64,000 bases of DNA from the human T2T-CHM13v2.0 reference genome, Homo sapiens. Position numbers and translations under genes: made by a program. Below, one piece after another: positions 40,180 to 54,733 of this stretch (its first letter is position 1; every line of letters starts with the position of its first letter). The notes beneath the pieces are model-generated. The model did no database searches. It was not told the origin of the DNA and saw only the letters and a list, made by a program, of their open reading frames with translations. The stretch covers positions 6,144,001 to 6,208,000 of the forward strand of contig CP086569.2 in the NCBI GenBank assembly GCA_009914755.4, in the 5' to 3' direction.

Positions 40180-40992
40180 CTTTTTTTTTAACTTTTTAAA
40201 TTATACCTTAAGTTCTAGGGTACATGTGCACAATATGCAGGTTTGTTATATATGTAAACATGTGCCATGTTGGTGTGCTGCACCCATTAACTCATCATTT
40301 ACTTTGGTATATCTCCTAACGCTATCCCTCCCCACTCCCCCCACCCCATGACAGGCCCTGGTGTGTGATGTTCCCCTTCTTGTGTCTAAGTGTTCTCATT
40401 GTTCAGTTCCTACCTATGAGTGAGAACATGTGGTGTTTGTTCTTTTTTCCTTGGGATAGTTTGCTGAGAATGATGGTTTCCAGCTTCATCCGTATCCCCA
40501 CAAAGGACATGAACTCATCCTTTTTTATGGCTGCATAGTATTCCATGGTGTATATATGCCACATTGTCTTAATCCAGTCTATCTTTGATGGACATTTGGG
40601 TTCATTCCAAGTTTTTGCTGTTGTGACTAGTGCCACAATGAACATATGTGTGTATATTTCTTTATAGCAGCAAGATTTATAATCTTTCATGTATAATCCC
40701 AGTAATGGGATGGCTGGGTCAAATGGTATTTCTAGTTCTAGATCCTGGAGGAATGAACAGACACTTCTCAAAAGAAGACATTTATGCAGCCAACAGACAC
40801 AGGAAAAAATGTTCATCATCACTGGCCATCAGAAAAATGCAAATCACAACCACAATGAGATACCATCTCACACCACTTAGAATGGCAATCATTTAAAAGT
40901 CAGGAAACAACAGATGCTGGAGAGGATGTGGAGAAATAGGAACGCCTTTACACACTGGTGGGACAGTAAACTAGTTCAACCATTGCGGAAGT
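40180..40992 (-). mobile_element. L1 3' end with 5' inversion (about 40763-40992 + oriented), in an intron of the protease gene
   Basis: The reverse-complement L1 3' UTR end starts at 40180 (tttttttttaactttttaaattataccttaagttctagggtacatgtgcacaatatgcaggtttg…). Minus-strand ORF2 ORF at 40403-40822. The + strand ORFs at 40648-40896 (…[46 protein letters not shown]) form the inverted part. The junction falls at adjacent L1 positions. Confidence 0.8.
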
Positions 40993-41043
40993 TTCAGGTT
41001 TTCTAAAGAATGTACTATAATAAATATTTGCCTATGCATACAG

Positions 41044-41291
41044 GAATCCTGAAGACACTGCTGTGATTCTGGGCCTGAGGCACCCTGGGGCACCAATGAG
41101 AGTTGTGAAGGTGTCTACCATTCTACTGCATGAGAGATGCCAGTTGGTGAATGGGGCAGCAAGGAATGACCTGGCATTGCTACTCCTCCAAGATGTCCAG
41201 ACTCCCATTTGGCTCTCAGCACCCTTGGGCTATCTGAAGAACCTGAATAGTTCAGAATGCTGGCTGTCTGTGCCACAGATTATTATACCAG
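41044..41291 (+). CDS. Protease exon C (…ILGLRHPGAPMRVVKVSTILLHERCQLVNGAARNDLALLLLQDVQTPIWLSAPLGYLKNLNSSECWLSVPQIIIPG). Contains the catalytic Asp context
   Basis: The ORF at 41063-41302 has the DIALLKL-type motif NDLALLLL, acceptor gcatacag|, and donor |gtcagc (or gtgagt at 41299). Confidence 0.55.
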
Positions 41292-41742
41292 GTCAGCAGT
41301 GAGTTTTCTTATTAGGGTAGCAGTTCTACAAAATGAGGTTCATATTTTTAATATTATGGTTCAAGGAAGAAGTATGATCACAATTGTATAAATTACTAAT
41401 TATAAGATATTTAATGCACATAAAAAACCCAATAGGAAATTTGTTTTCATGTTATAAGTTGATGGTTCTGATGATAACTTCATAGGATTTTAGATCTGAA
41501 AACAATTATATGAGCATCTTTCTCTGTACAGTCAATTTTGTAAACTAAAGTAGAGATGATTTGCTTTCCAACTCTTTGCTGACTAAAAAAAAGGAAAAAG
41601 AAGTTTTTGTTTTGTTTTGTTTGTTTTTCTCTCTTTATGAAAAAGAAGCTGAACTTGACTTGGAATTTGGAATTCCGTAAGTAAAAATTTACTTATTACT
41701 TTTGAAGGGTGGCATTTAAAAAGTGATTAAAGAGTGACAATG

Positions 41743-42033
41743 CTGTCCACAGTGTCTCACTCCTGTAATTCCAGCACTTTGGGAGCTTGATCTAGGAGAA
41801 CCCTTTGGGCCCAGGAATGTGATACCCATTTGGGCAATGTAGCAAGACTTCATCACTAAACAACAACAACAAATAGCCTGTTGTGGTGTTGCACACATGT
41901 AGTCCCAGCTACATGGGAGGCTGAGACAGGAAGATAGCTTGAGACCTGGAGGTTGAGGCTGCAGTGTGTGAAGATGGTGGCAATGCACTCCAACTTTACG
42001 TGGGTGACCACGCAAGAACTTGTCTCAAAAAAA
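41743..42033 (+). mobile_element. Old Alu (AluJ-like)
   Basis: ctgtccacagtgtctcactcctgtaattccagcactttgggagcttgatc…tgcactccaactttacgtgggtgaccacgcaagaacttgtctcaaaaaaa. Confidence 0.8.
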
Positions 42034-42327
42034 GGGGGCGCTACTGTGGTGGTTCATGCCTGTAATTCCAGTATTTTGGGAGGATGAGGCCAGTGAATCA
42101 CCTGAAGTCAGGAGTTTGAGACCAGTCTGACCAACATGGGGAAAACCCATCTCTACTAAAAATATGAAATTAGCTAGGAGTGGTGGTGTGTTCCTGTAAT
42201 CCCAGTTACCCAGGAGGCTGAGTCAGGAGAATTGCTTGAACCCAAGAGGCAGAGGTTGCAGTGAGATCAGGCCACTGCACTCGAGACTGAGTGACAGAGT
42301 GAAACACCATCCCCAACCCCCAAAAAA
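42034..42327 (+). mobile_element. Alu SINE (AluS-like)
   Basis: gggggcgctactgtggtggttcatgcctgtaattccagtattttgggaggatgaggccagtgaatcacctgaagtcaggagtttgagaccagtctgaccaacatgg…gagtgacagagtgaaacaccatccccaacccccaaaaaaa. Confidence 0.85.
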
Positions 42328-42539
42328 ATCAAGGACTAGAAAGCGAATGAAATACATAAACATGTCTTGTAAAATGGTAATGGTGACAAAATAAACTGAA
42401 TTTATTTGTATAGGTTATATGTACAAGTTTAAAGTAATGATGACACAGTGATAAGACAGTTCATGGTTTTATCTCAATACTTAGTGTTTAAATGTAACAT
42501 ATGTTCCTTAGGATGGTTATACTCCATTTTTCTTCCTAG

Positions 42540-42682
42540 GAGAGAATGATGAGTTTCTAGAAATGTTAAAGGTGCAAGTGATGGAAGCTTCCAGCTGTGC
42601 CCACCTGTACCCTGACATAGGCAGTTCCATTGTTTGCTTCATTACTCAGGCCAAAGACTCAAATGCAAATGTGGTACAGAGT
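42540..42682 (+). CDS. Protease exon D (ENDEFLEMLKVQVMEASSCAHLYPDIGSSIVCFITQAKDSNANV)
   Basis: Acceptor tcttcctag| and donor |gtacag. It matches the trypsin-family region …LQ.V.VP..S...C...Y…MLCAG…G.D.C. Confidence 0.55.
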
Positions 42683-43211
42683 CAAATGTTTTTTCTATCT
42701 ACATAATAGAAAATATAACTTTGTCCCTGTGTAAAAGGGTATACAGCATATGCTTAAATGAAAAATTTAAGTGAATCATTGATCAACAGGAAACCATTTT
42801 AAAAGTCTTTAATTACAGAAAAAAAATCTCTGAAAAAAATTTGTTGTTAATCTCTGAGTTTTCTTACATGGGTTGTTAATCTCTAGCCATACTAAATAGC
42901 TAGCATGCTGCACTTGAAACAAATTAGACATTATATATAATTCCCATATTCTAATAATAGTATCTTCACACCTCAAAGTTGAAAACAGTCTAACCTTTTC
43001 CTATTTCCCCAATTAAATAACTTTTTAAGGCTTAATCCTCTGATTTTTTTGTAGTAATATTTTTGAATGTATTTGATCAGGATGATTTTCTTGTGTACTT
43101 ATCTGATGTCTCACTTTCTTCTAAATACATATTTTATTATCCATTTATTAGATCTAAGTTTAAGATGTTGGAACAGGAATTTAAATCCAAATTCTGCATT
43201 TGAATTTACAG

Positions 43212-43391
43212 GAATCAGTGAGTCCAGGAAGTGCCATTATGTGCAGACCAATATCTGGCAATGGCAGTTGGAGACATATAGGCTTCAATAGTCTCAAAGC
43301 CCTAGCTACTACAGTGAGTTCACACTTCTCCTGGATCTTATCTACTTCAGCAAAAGAAGGCCACCCACTAAACCAGGCCCTTATGCCTTGA
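43212..43391 (+). CDS. Protease terminal exon E (ESVSPGSAIMCRPISGNGSWRHIGFNSLKALATTVSSHFSWILSTSAKEGHPLNQALMP*). GDSGGP degenerated to ESVSP, with the Ser retained
   Basis: Acceptor tttacag|. It aligns to GDSGGPLVC…G.W.L.GVVSWG…PGVYT.VS.Y..WI of S1 proteases. Stop at 43389-43391. Confidence 0.55.
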   Translation, partial: ESVSPGSAIMCRPISGNGSWRHIGFNSLKALATTVSSHFSWILSTSAKEGHPLNQALMP

Positions 43392-44089
43392 GCGCAAACT
43401 CCTAAGTCCTCTAGTCTCCTTAAACAGCCAACCACACTGCCACTTTCTTCAATAATAATTACTGCAGCCCTGAGACTTTGGTAGCCTAGTGACTATAACT
43501 AGTGATGCTACAGTCTGCTCACAGTATGATAAAACACCAGAACAACAAAAACAAAATATTGACTTAAGCCTCCTAAAATATCTCTAAATATACCTTCAAT
43601 AAATATGCTTTTTCTACATAACAACTGCTTTCTACTTACTTCCTGAACTAATGCTTGGCCTTGGATTGTTTTCATTCTTCAGATTGATTCAGAAGTGTCT
43701 ATTTAACATGAAAGTGAATACAGAATTTCATGTGTCAGCAAATAAAAATTTCAAAATGATGCAAAATACAAATGTGAAATTGAATTTGTGAACTTTACTA
43801 TGCTTTCAAATTATGTATTCATACCTACCCACTCACACAATTTTTTATAACTATCTGCATGTTCTCCTCAGGTGGGAGAAAAACAGCATCAGAATTCTTG
43901 AATAATTTATGAAAGACAGAATGACGACACTATACAAGGTTTAACCTATTCACAATACTGTAGTGAATGAAAACATTACATTTAAAATCCTACCAAGTGT
44001 TGAGTAAGTAAATAAAATATGTGATTTCAATCACTCTAAAATATGTGTACATGAAGAAAATAGAACAATGATTAAAACCTCAGCATAAC

Positions 44090-44560
44090 CAGGCGACTTT
44101 TCTCCCACGCGCCGGCCTGGACCCACTTTCCCCAGGCCACTCCCGCTGCCCTCGCCCCAGCAGCCAGAGAATTCTCCGGATCTGCAATATTCCGTACCAT
44201 CTACCTGGCTTGCGTAATGAAGTGAGACGTTTCATGTGTTCCTTGTGGGTCAATGGCTTGCCACACTCAGGATGTCAGTTAGGGCACAGGGCTCACATGC
44301 CAACATTTCCAAAGGTCACGCAGCCCGCGTGTGCCTGGATGCAGCGCTACCTGGCACTAGCTCTGAGGGCTTCTCAGAGTAGGCTTCCCCCGGGAGGCTG
44401 GGACTGCAGGCCAGCCTTGGTTGGTGCCGCCCAGGGAGATGCGCACCGCCTCGCACTGATTGGCCGCAGGGGGAGGCTGGCGGTCTTGGCGCGGCTCCAG
44501 GTGCCCTTTGAGTGCAGTCCGTTAGGTGGCGCCTGGAAGCCAGGTGCATGCGCCCTGAGG
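44090..44560 (+). promoter_or_regulatory. CpG island / putative promoter upstream of the TSPY-like exon
   Basis: There is a sharp shift from AT-rich flanks to GC- and CpG-dense sequence (…cccacgcgccggcctggacccactttccccaggccactcccgctgccctcgcccc…gcagcccgcgtgtgcctgg…). The long antisense ORF at 44316-45011 is a GC-composition artefact. Confidence 0.6.
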
Positions 44561-45015
44561 GCCCGCCCACCCACAGGCTACAGAAAGGGCAGCGCAGGGT
44601 TCCTGTGCTATGGGTCGGGCTGCACAGGCGGTGGTCTATGGGAGTCCGGAGAAGGACACCGTCTTCAGGGTGCACCGTCTTCACTCTGCCCGAGGCGCAG
44701 AGGGAGGAGGCAACCTTGAAGCAGGAGACAGTGCTGGTGTTGGATGACATAATGGCGGAGGTGGGGGTGATGGCCGAGGAGGAGGCCCTCGTGGAGCGGC
44801 AGAAGGACCAGCGGGCACAGCCTGGCCCTGGGCCCATGACCCCAGAGTCTGCACTGGAGGAGCTGCTGGCCGTTCGGGTGGGGCTGGAGCTGGTTAATGC
44901 CCAAGCCAGGAAGGCCTTTTCTCGGCAGCGGGAAAAGATGGAGCGGAGGTGCAAGCCCCACCTGGACCGCAGAGGGGCCATCATCCAGAGCATCCCTGGC
45001 TTCTGGGCCAATGTT
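44548..45015 (+). pseudogene. TSPY-family (NAP domain) exon-1 homolog, probable TSPY-like pseudogene
   Basis: The ORF at 44512-45048 reads from the internal Met MRPEG…[95 protein letters not shown], then |gtatcc. This closely parallels my recollection of human TSPY1 exon 1 (MRPEG…[98 protein letters not shown]). The N-terminal third matches TSPY1 better in another frame (…[14 protein letters not shown]… versus …GFCGVGRAAQAL…), which implies compensated frameshifts. Confidence 0.7.
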
Positions 45016-45193
45016 GTATCCTTTTCAGTGTTTCTTCTGCCTTTCTAGTTGAGAGGTGCTCTTGGGGAAGTGTAAGTAACTTACGGGCAGCTCGGCATCT
45101 ATCAATTTCTGAGAAACTTATACAAGTCTCAGCTAAACAGCTGGCACTGGACCACTGCCCTTTCAGCTGCCTGTTGCTGACTTCTTTCGTTAG

Positions 45194-45285
45194 ATAATAT
45201 CCCCCAGGCAGCAACTGCTTGTGTCACCCTGCCTCCACTTGATATCCTAAAGACCAATATCTACTGTTTAAAACACTTTAAGTCT
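45194..45285 (+). pseudogene. Degenerate remnant of TSPY exon 2 (INIPQAATACVTLPPLDILKTNIYCLKHFKS*)
   Basis: After the acceptor …ctttcgttag| the frame reads I.N.PQ…T…D.L, reminiscent of TSPY [22 protein letters not shown]. It then terminates, and no further NAP-domain exons were found downstream. Confidence 0.35.
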
Positions 45286-48189
45286 TAGATATAGCATAAA
45301 GGGTTTATGGGATACAAAACAACAGTCGGACACAAGAGATTGAGTCATTCTTTTTTAAACTTTTGTTTGTAAGTATTTTGTAGTTTATCTTATCGGAAGT
45401 GAGAGACCAAGAGAGTAAAAACACTGCTTCCTTTTCATCCACCCTAATGCATCTCAAACTTATGTCTCATCACTTGCTTTGTATGAGATGTCTGTATATG
45501 AACTCCCATAAAATGTTGCATAATTTATACAAGCAAATGGTCCCATGAAACAATATTAATTTTTAAAGATAAATCCACATTCAAAAGTAAAGATTTTCAA
45601 AACCAGAAATAATTTACAGAAATGCTAAAAAATGTGGCATAATTATCATAATGTGGAAATGGAAATTCAGACAAACTTTCACATTGTTACTGAGAGTACT
45701 TTTCCTTGAAGACCTACAGTTCTGGCTATCTGCATTCCAGGAATATTTTTCTTATTTTTTTATCATCTCATAACCAAATGGCCAACTAGGTTAGATTTTC
45801 CATGTTACAGTGTTTGACTGAAGAGTCAATAACCCTTGCAACAGAGAACATCCTTAGAAATTAGTTGACCAAAGTCTCAAGTTTCCCAAGGCCAGTCCTT
45901 AGGGTTCAATCTCAGACTGTAATAGTGTTTTCTGCAGAACAGTGTCTTTAAGTAGGCAGTTATTTTCACATTTATAATCTGTTGGTGGAAACTCTGGTCC
46001 TAAAGTAAGAGCAGAAGATGCATCTCTCCTTTCATGACAAGTTTGACACTCAGGAGATGATAAACTTATAGGAAAAAAATTATTTTCTCCATTTTTCTTT
46101 GGCCATTTATTCCCAGAAGAAATTAGAATAAATATATGAATGATATTTAAAAACATTTTGGAAAAAATTAAAGAATATATTAAGAAACAAAACTTTTGCC
46201 AGTATCAGTCTTCGACAAAAAAGTTAACCATTTTAACTATAAAGTATAAATGTATTTACAAATAAAGTGATGCATAGGGAAATGTTTCTTGCATTGTACA
46301 CACTTTCTCCAGTGATGTCCTAGCCACTCATTTAAAATGGGTCATTGATTGAATTACAACTATAACCTTAATGCAAATAGTACAGTAGAAAGTTTTTTAA
46401 AACAGAACACATGTACACAATAGTTGGTCTTCCAGTTGCACAGTTTCTTTTGTATGCATGTGTGTATGTCTATGTAATTTTATATACTTATAGAGATTAG
46501 ATTTTGGGCAAGCAATTTAGAAGTAACCAGATTTTCTTTGTAATAAGAAGGAAAATGTTTAAATTGAAATTTTAGTTGAACAGTAAAACTGTATAAGAAT
46601 TTACACTGCTCAGGGAAAAGATGTATTGTGTTTTGCAGACTGAAAGAGTTCTTTCCTGAGTAACCCAGTGTTGGTATTCACTGCAGAAATAGATTTGTTT
46701 TGGTAGACCCCTGTAGCCAGCTACCTGCAGAGAAGGAAATCCTGCTGAACAGAATTATAAATAGAATAGTTAAATATTCTTTCATTTCAGTGAAGCGTTC
46801 ACATACGATATTCTCTTTTATTCATTTATAAACATTTATATTTAATACATTTTCCAAAAAATAAAGTAATTATAAAAATTAACAAGAGATTTGTATATTC
46901 CTTATTTAAAATTTTTAGCCTATTCAAATATAAGAAGTCCACTCTGAAATACCTGAAGATGATATATGAAATGAATAAGAAAAGAAAATACAGCAGAATG
47001 TACCAGATGTTTTTTGTGTGTTGGATGTACATATATCTGTTAGCTTTTAGTGGCAGACAGAGTGCAGTCTACATAATTTTATTCATAATAGATGCCTATG
47101 CATCATACATTCACACATAAATATTATTTCTCTGAAGATTGAAATAGAAAGCTAGGAGAATACAACATGACACATATGCTGAATTACATATAAGCAAGTG
47201 TGAATTATGTAGTTAAATGATCTCTTCACCAGTCTTCTTCTCACTCTCTCACTGGGTAGTCTAAGGATTAATTAAAGTTCCTCGGCTCTTTCAAGCTAAG
47301 AAACAGTATGTAAGTGCTATGCATTATCATGGTAACACAAGAGGGAGGTATAAGTGATTTATAACTTCACAGGCTCTGTGAAATGTGTCTAGCCTGATAG
47401 GTTTTTCTAACAGTGTTTTATGGATTGGAAAGTGCTTATCAGATTTGAAGATGGAATTTGCTCTATTAAAATCATGCTAATCTGCAAAACCAATCTTTGT
47501 TCTATATGTATGTAGAGTGATGTTTCTCAAAATAGAAGAAAACTTGGGATATGATTTCGGAGGTAATATAATAAGGTAGAATGGTGACATGAATTATAAC
47601 TTATCTATTATTGTTTGACTCAGCTGATGCTCTCTTAATTAGGGCAACTGAAGTCTAATTAATTTGCATAAGGTAGCCATCCCATTTTTATACTTTTAAA
47701 GACAGTCAGGAGATATCACCGTTTCCACAAAGCTTATATAGATTTTATTAGCATGTTTCAATTACGTATCACTGCAATAATGTCAATTCTGTAATGTAAC
47801 ATATTATTTCCTTTAGTAGTATATTTATTTTATTTGTATTTCATTTTTAGTATAGATTCAGAGAGTACATGTGCAGGCTTGTTACAAAGGCATATTGTGT
47901 GATGCTGATGTTTAGTCTTCTGTTGATCCCATCACCCAGATACCGAACTTTGTACCCAATAGGAAGATTTTCAGCCCCTGCCTCTCTCCCTCTGTCCCAC
48001 TTTGGAGTCCCACTGTATAATGTTCCTGTCTTTATTTCTGTGTGCACCTAAGTTTAAGCTCTTTTTCATAATTGAGAATATTCAATATTTGTTTTTCTGT
48101 TTCCTCATTAATTTGCTTAGGTTAATAACACAGCTAAGTCCGTGTTGCTGTAAAGGAGATGATTTTGTTCTTTTTATGGCTGTGTGCTA

Positions 48190-48689
48190 GTACAGGGTTC
48201 ATATGTACCACATTTTCTTTATCCCATCCACCATGGATGGGCTCCTAGGTTAACCTCGTGTCTTCGCTATGGTGATGAATATGAGATTTCCTGTGTCTTT
48301 TTGGTAGCTTTAATGATTTATTTTCCTTTGAGCATATACTGAGTAATATGATTGCTGGGTGGAATGGTAGTTCTATTGTTAGTTCTTTTAGAAATCCCCA
48401 AACTGCTTTCCACAGTGACTGAACATTCTTACCACCAGTGTATAAGAGTTCCTTGTTCCCTGCAGCCTTGCCCACATACATCATTCTTATTATTTTCGCT
48501 TTTTAATAATAATAGTCATTCTGACTTGGTATGAGATGGTATCTTGTTGTGATTTTGATTTGGATTTCTCTGATGATCAGTGATGTTGAGCACTTTTCTT
48601 ATGTTTCTTGGCCACTAGTATGTCTTAAGAAGATATTTTTAAAATTTTCTCTCATTATGTAGGTTGCCTTTTCACTCTGATAGTGGTTT

Positions 48690-48690
<1 letters not shown>
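48190..48690 (-). mobile_element. Older L1 fragment (ORF2 C-terminal region), diverged
   Basis: The minus-strand ORF at 48245-48484 (…ELTIELPFHPAIILLSICSKENKS…) is a diverged L1 ORF2. It abuts the young L1 at about 48690 at a nearly colinear L1 position. Confidence 0.7.
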
Positions 48691-51245
<2,555 letters not shown>

Positions 51246-54200
51246 GAAGATATTTTAAATAAATATACAAATGTTTCCTCTATTTATACGTGAAATTCTG
51301 CTTGTGTCCTTCTCTCTTCTACTACATGATTTTACATGGATAATGAGTCAAAAAATGTGAAGTGCTGGTAATATATTTTATCTCACACTTGTAAAATGTT
51401 TTTCTTTGAAAATACCACTTGTTCTAATTTTTAATTTTTTTAATTTCTTGGAAGTGACAGTTGAGACAAGGAAATTGTAAAGCAATTACTTCACAAGGTG
51501 ATTGCAATGTAAATGGTATTATAAAATTATTTGGTTTTGAGGAAAATTTAAAAAGATACAGAAATACAAAATAATATAACAAATACCAATTTAACCCCAC
51601 TTAAAAATAGCAGCTATTAATATATTCCTTTTTCTACTTACATTACCTCTGGTTGTAATTGGAATATTTGCCCTCAGGTTAGTTTCCTTTTTACCATTTC
51701 TTAGGCACCATTATCAGGAACTGGTATTATATTCATATTTTTTAAATTTATTAAAATATTTATTTCTGGATAATACTGGTGTTTTGTGAATTTTGAGTGT
51801 TTATGTCAATATTATAAGGTGTGTATTATTTCACATTTTTTTTCTGTTAAGATTCTTGTTGACAGCTGCCATTATTGATGGCATAGTTCGCAGTCTACTG
51901 AATTCTTATGTTCCATGATGGCTTTATTGAAATGCTACAATGAAAAACCTTCCCTATCCCTCCAGTTACACATATGTGAGAGTTTCTAATGAATATACTA
52001 GAAGAATGTCAGGACTGCAGTGTGTGTACAGTTTTAATTTTGAGGAGATAAAATATTCTCATTAGCTCCCTGGACTACCACTTTATTACTATTGTTGATC
52101 CATGCTAATCAGCTTAGCATATGTCTTAGATTTTTCATTTTTAGTGAAGTATTATTATAAGTTACATTAATTAGAACCAGCATGTGTGTGCTAAATGTTC
52201 ATTTTGTTTAATAATTACAGCTTGTCAGGCCTCTATCAGTATGTGAGAAAAATAAAATGTTAACACAACGATGACTTTAGTGTGGGGATAATCTGAAAAT
52301 CAACTTTAGTTTCCTGACACAGTTCACACAAAACATAGATCCTGCTACTTTTTAAGGACCGCATGTAGCAGACTGAGTGACAATAAATCAATATGCACTG
52401 AATCAATAGTAGCTAGGGATGAGTAGTTTCTTCCAATCTTGCCTGGTGATGGAAGAAGTATTTGACATGGTTTATTTTTTGTTTTGTTTTGTTTTCTTTC
52501 TATGTGGTCCACTTATATGACACTCCCAGATCATCGTGTGGTAGGTTTGGGGAAAATGAAGGAAATAATAGGCTAGATATACGTAAATTATGTGCTAGAA
52601 ATAGAAGCTTAACACACAGAGCATAGTTAATTGGTCTGGCCACAGTGGTTTTGTCATCTCTCATATACCTACAACTATTTATGGGCTGCTTGCTAATGAC
52701 TATTTTACAAAAATCTGTTTCAGCAGCAATGGTTGAAAAATGCAAGTAGGTATTTAATTAAAAACTACTCAATTTCCCTTTAAATCAAATTATGGGTTGA
52801 AAAGTGCCAATAAACAAATGATGTAATCATAAAGCCTTGTATTCCATGTTGGAACCACAAGGCTAAAAGTGATATCCTGAAATCCAGCATATAGAAAGCT
52901 GAGGGGAAAAAGCAGCTGCTATTTCAGAAGGTAATACTTAGTTACATTAAGAAAACTGTGCCTGAAGATGACATTTTCACAGGTTTAGTATGTGAATTCG
53001 GAAAAATTAAGCATATAATTCTGAGATGCAGGGCTTTTTATTTACATCAAATTACTATTTTTTAAAAAATCAATTGTGTATATATTTTAATTCTAATTTT
53101 TTTGCAGTTAAGAAATATGCATCAGTAATTGTTAGTATGTTAGCTCCATTAGCTACAGAAGAAATTCCAAAAGAATTCAATAATGCCATTTAGATGTTTC
53201 AAACAGAAAATTAAATTAAAAATGGTTTGAACATTTAGTCAATCATTGGAATTAAAATAAAGCTCTTGAAATTTTATTGTGTGAGAAATAAAACATTGAA
53301 TGATGTGGCAAATGATTTTTAATGTTCAGTTACACTAAACATTGTTGATAACTTTTATTGGTAACAAGAAGCAACTTTGGAAAAGCTTGCAAGTAACTTT
53401 ATTTAAAAAACCAGTATAAAATTGAAAGAAATGCATTTTCCAGAAAAGAACTATGGATAATTATTGATAAGAAACAGATTATTTCATATAAATATGTTCC
53501 GGGGTCATTATTCTGCCTACTATTTCTAATGTTTAAATAATAAATGTAAAGAAACTATTTTTCTGTTTTGCTTGAAGATATGTAATTGTGGTTTTAAATT
53601 TTTGAAGGAATTTCACTTTCAAAAATAGTTGGAAGATAACTATGTAATAGATCCATCGATATAGTAAAAACAATTTGCCTGTAAGGAAATAATATACTAA
53701 ATAATAAATGGTTTTGTATATGTTAGGACTCTTTTATCCTAAAAAAAAGTTTCCTTTGGAACAATAAACGTTGTAGTCACCCTAATTTTACTAAATATCA
53801 TTAGATAGTCCTGTGGATTGATGGAAAAAATTACACTTTTCTTACATTCTTGACTCCACTCAGTGTTATTATTTTAATAGTTGCCAAGCTAATGAAGGAA
53901 AGTTAGAACCTAATGTGGTTTTGATTTATATCCCTGGATTACTAATGAGCTCAAGCATCTAGTCATTTTTCATTGGTCATTTGACTTTCCTCTTTTCTAC
54001 AAAAGATCTAACTACTTACCTGTACTGCTTTTTCCTTCTCCTGGGCTAGATTGTATATATTTTTTCTTGTATATTTGTAAGAGTTATTTTTATTATTTTG
54101 GATACTGGTATTTTTATTTATATTTTTCTTAGTGATTTTTCTGGAGTTTTATAAACACTCAAGATAGTTTTTAGAATTTATGATCTGAAGATTTTCAAAA

Positions 54201-54679
54201 GGCTAACTCAGAAGTCATTTGTGGCTATGATGCTAACTTCAAATGAAAAAATAATTTTGCCACTTTAGCAAAACATACTTTAAAGATACTAATTAGAAAG
54301 CACTGAAGTGCTTAATTATGTGTTTTTCATAAAACTCATCTAAATAGTCATTTCAATAAAATCATTTACCTTTATAGTAAGAACAAATTATTAAATGTTG
54401 ATTACCTAGCTCCTGCATGGTTTTCTAAATATCTCACAATTGTCATTTGGTAATAATCTCTTAGCATACTTGTTAGAATTACTGGTTCTCCAGGTCTCAT
54501 TTTAGATGATTGAACCAGGATTTTGAAGGAAAATAGCTAGAAGTATCTGGACATATATTTTATGACCCACATAATTATTTGGGGTTATTTGTGAAACTTT
54601 GGTCTCACACATAAGAGAAAGTAAAAAAATAACAAAACAAAACAAAAAAAACCCAAAAAACAAACAAACAAAAAACAAT

Positions 54680-54682
<3 letters not shown>

Positions 54683-54729
<47 letters not shown>
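54683..54729. repeat. (AC)n microsatellite preceded by an A-rich tract
   Basis: acacacacacac… of about 23 repeats. It accounts for the ORFs at 54502-54808 (CVCVCV / THTHTH). Confidence 0.95.

Positions 54730-54733
<4 letters not shown>

Larger units (their letters stand above)
37580..43391 (+). pseudogene. Trypsin-like (S1 family, testis PRSS-type) serine protease-like gene or pseudogene, 5 recognisable exons
   Basis: Splice-bounded exons with canonical AG/GT. Domain landmarks are in order: propeptide CG…, PW…SHVC…WVLTAAH, the Asp region NDLALLLL, …SSCAHLYP…, and GESVSP…GSW…TTVSSHFSWI for the Ser region and C-terminus. Exons C-E form one open frame ending at the 43389-43391 stop. The N-terminal exon is present twice (A and B) and both copies are damaged. 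No signal-peptide exon was identified upstream. Confidence 0.6.

Noticed and set aside
44316-45011. 231-aa minus-strand ORF and other long ORFs (44210-44719 +, 44665-44961 -) over the CpG island
   Set aside because: GC-rich sequence lacks stop codons by composition. The + strand frame at 44548-45015 has specific TSPY homology, whereas the antisense frames have none. They are Pro/Arg/Ala-rich and typical of GC artefacts.
45300-48190. Searched downstream of the TSPY-like exon for remaining NAP-domain exons (e.g. …SNPYFQNKVITKEY…, …NFFNWFSDH…)
   Set aside because: No recognisable translation was found in any frame by inspection. The region is AT-rich unique sequence. The gene therefore appears truncated, which supports the pseudogene interpretation rather than a feature call.
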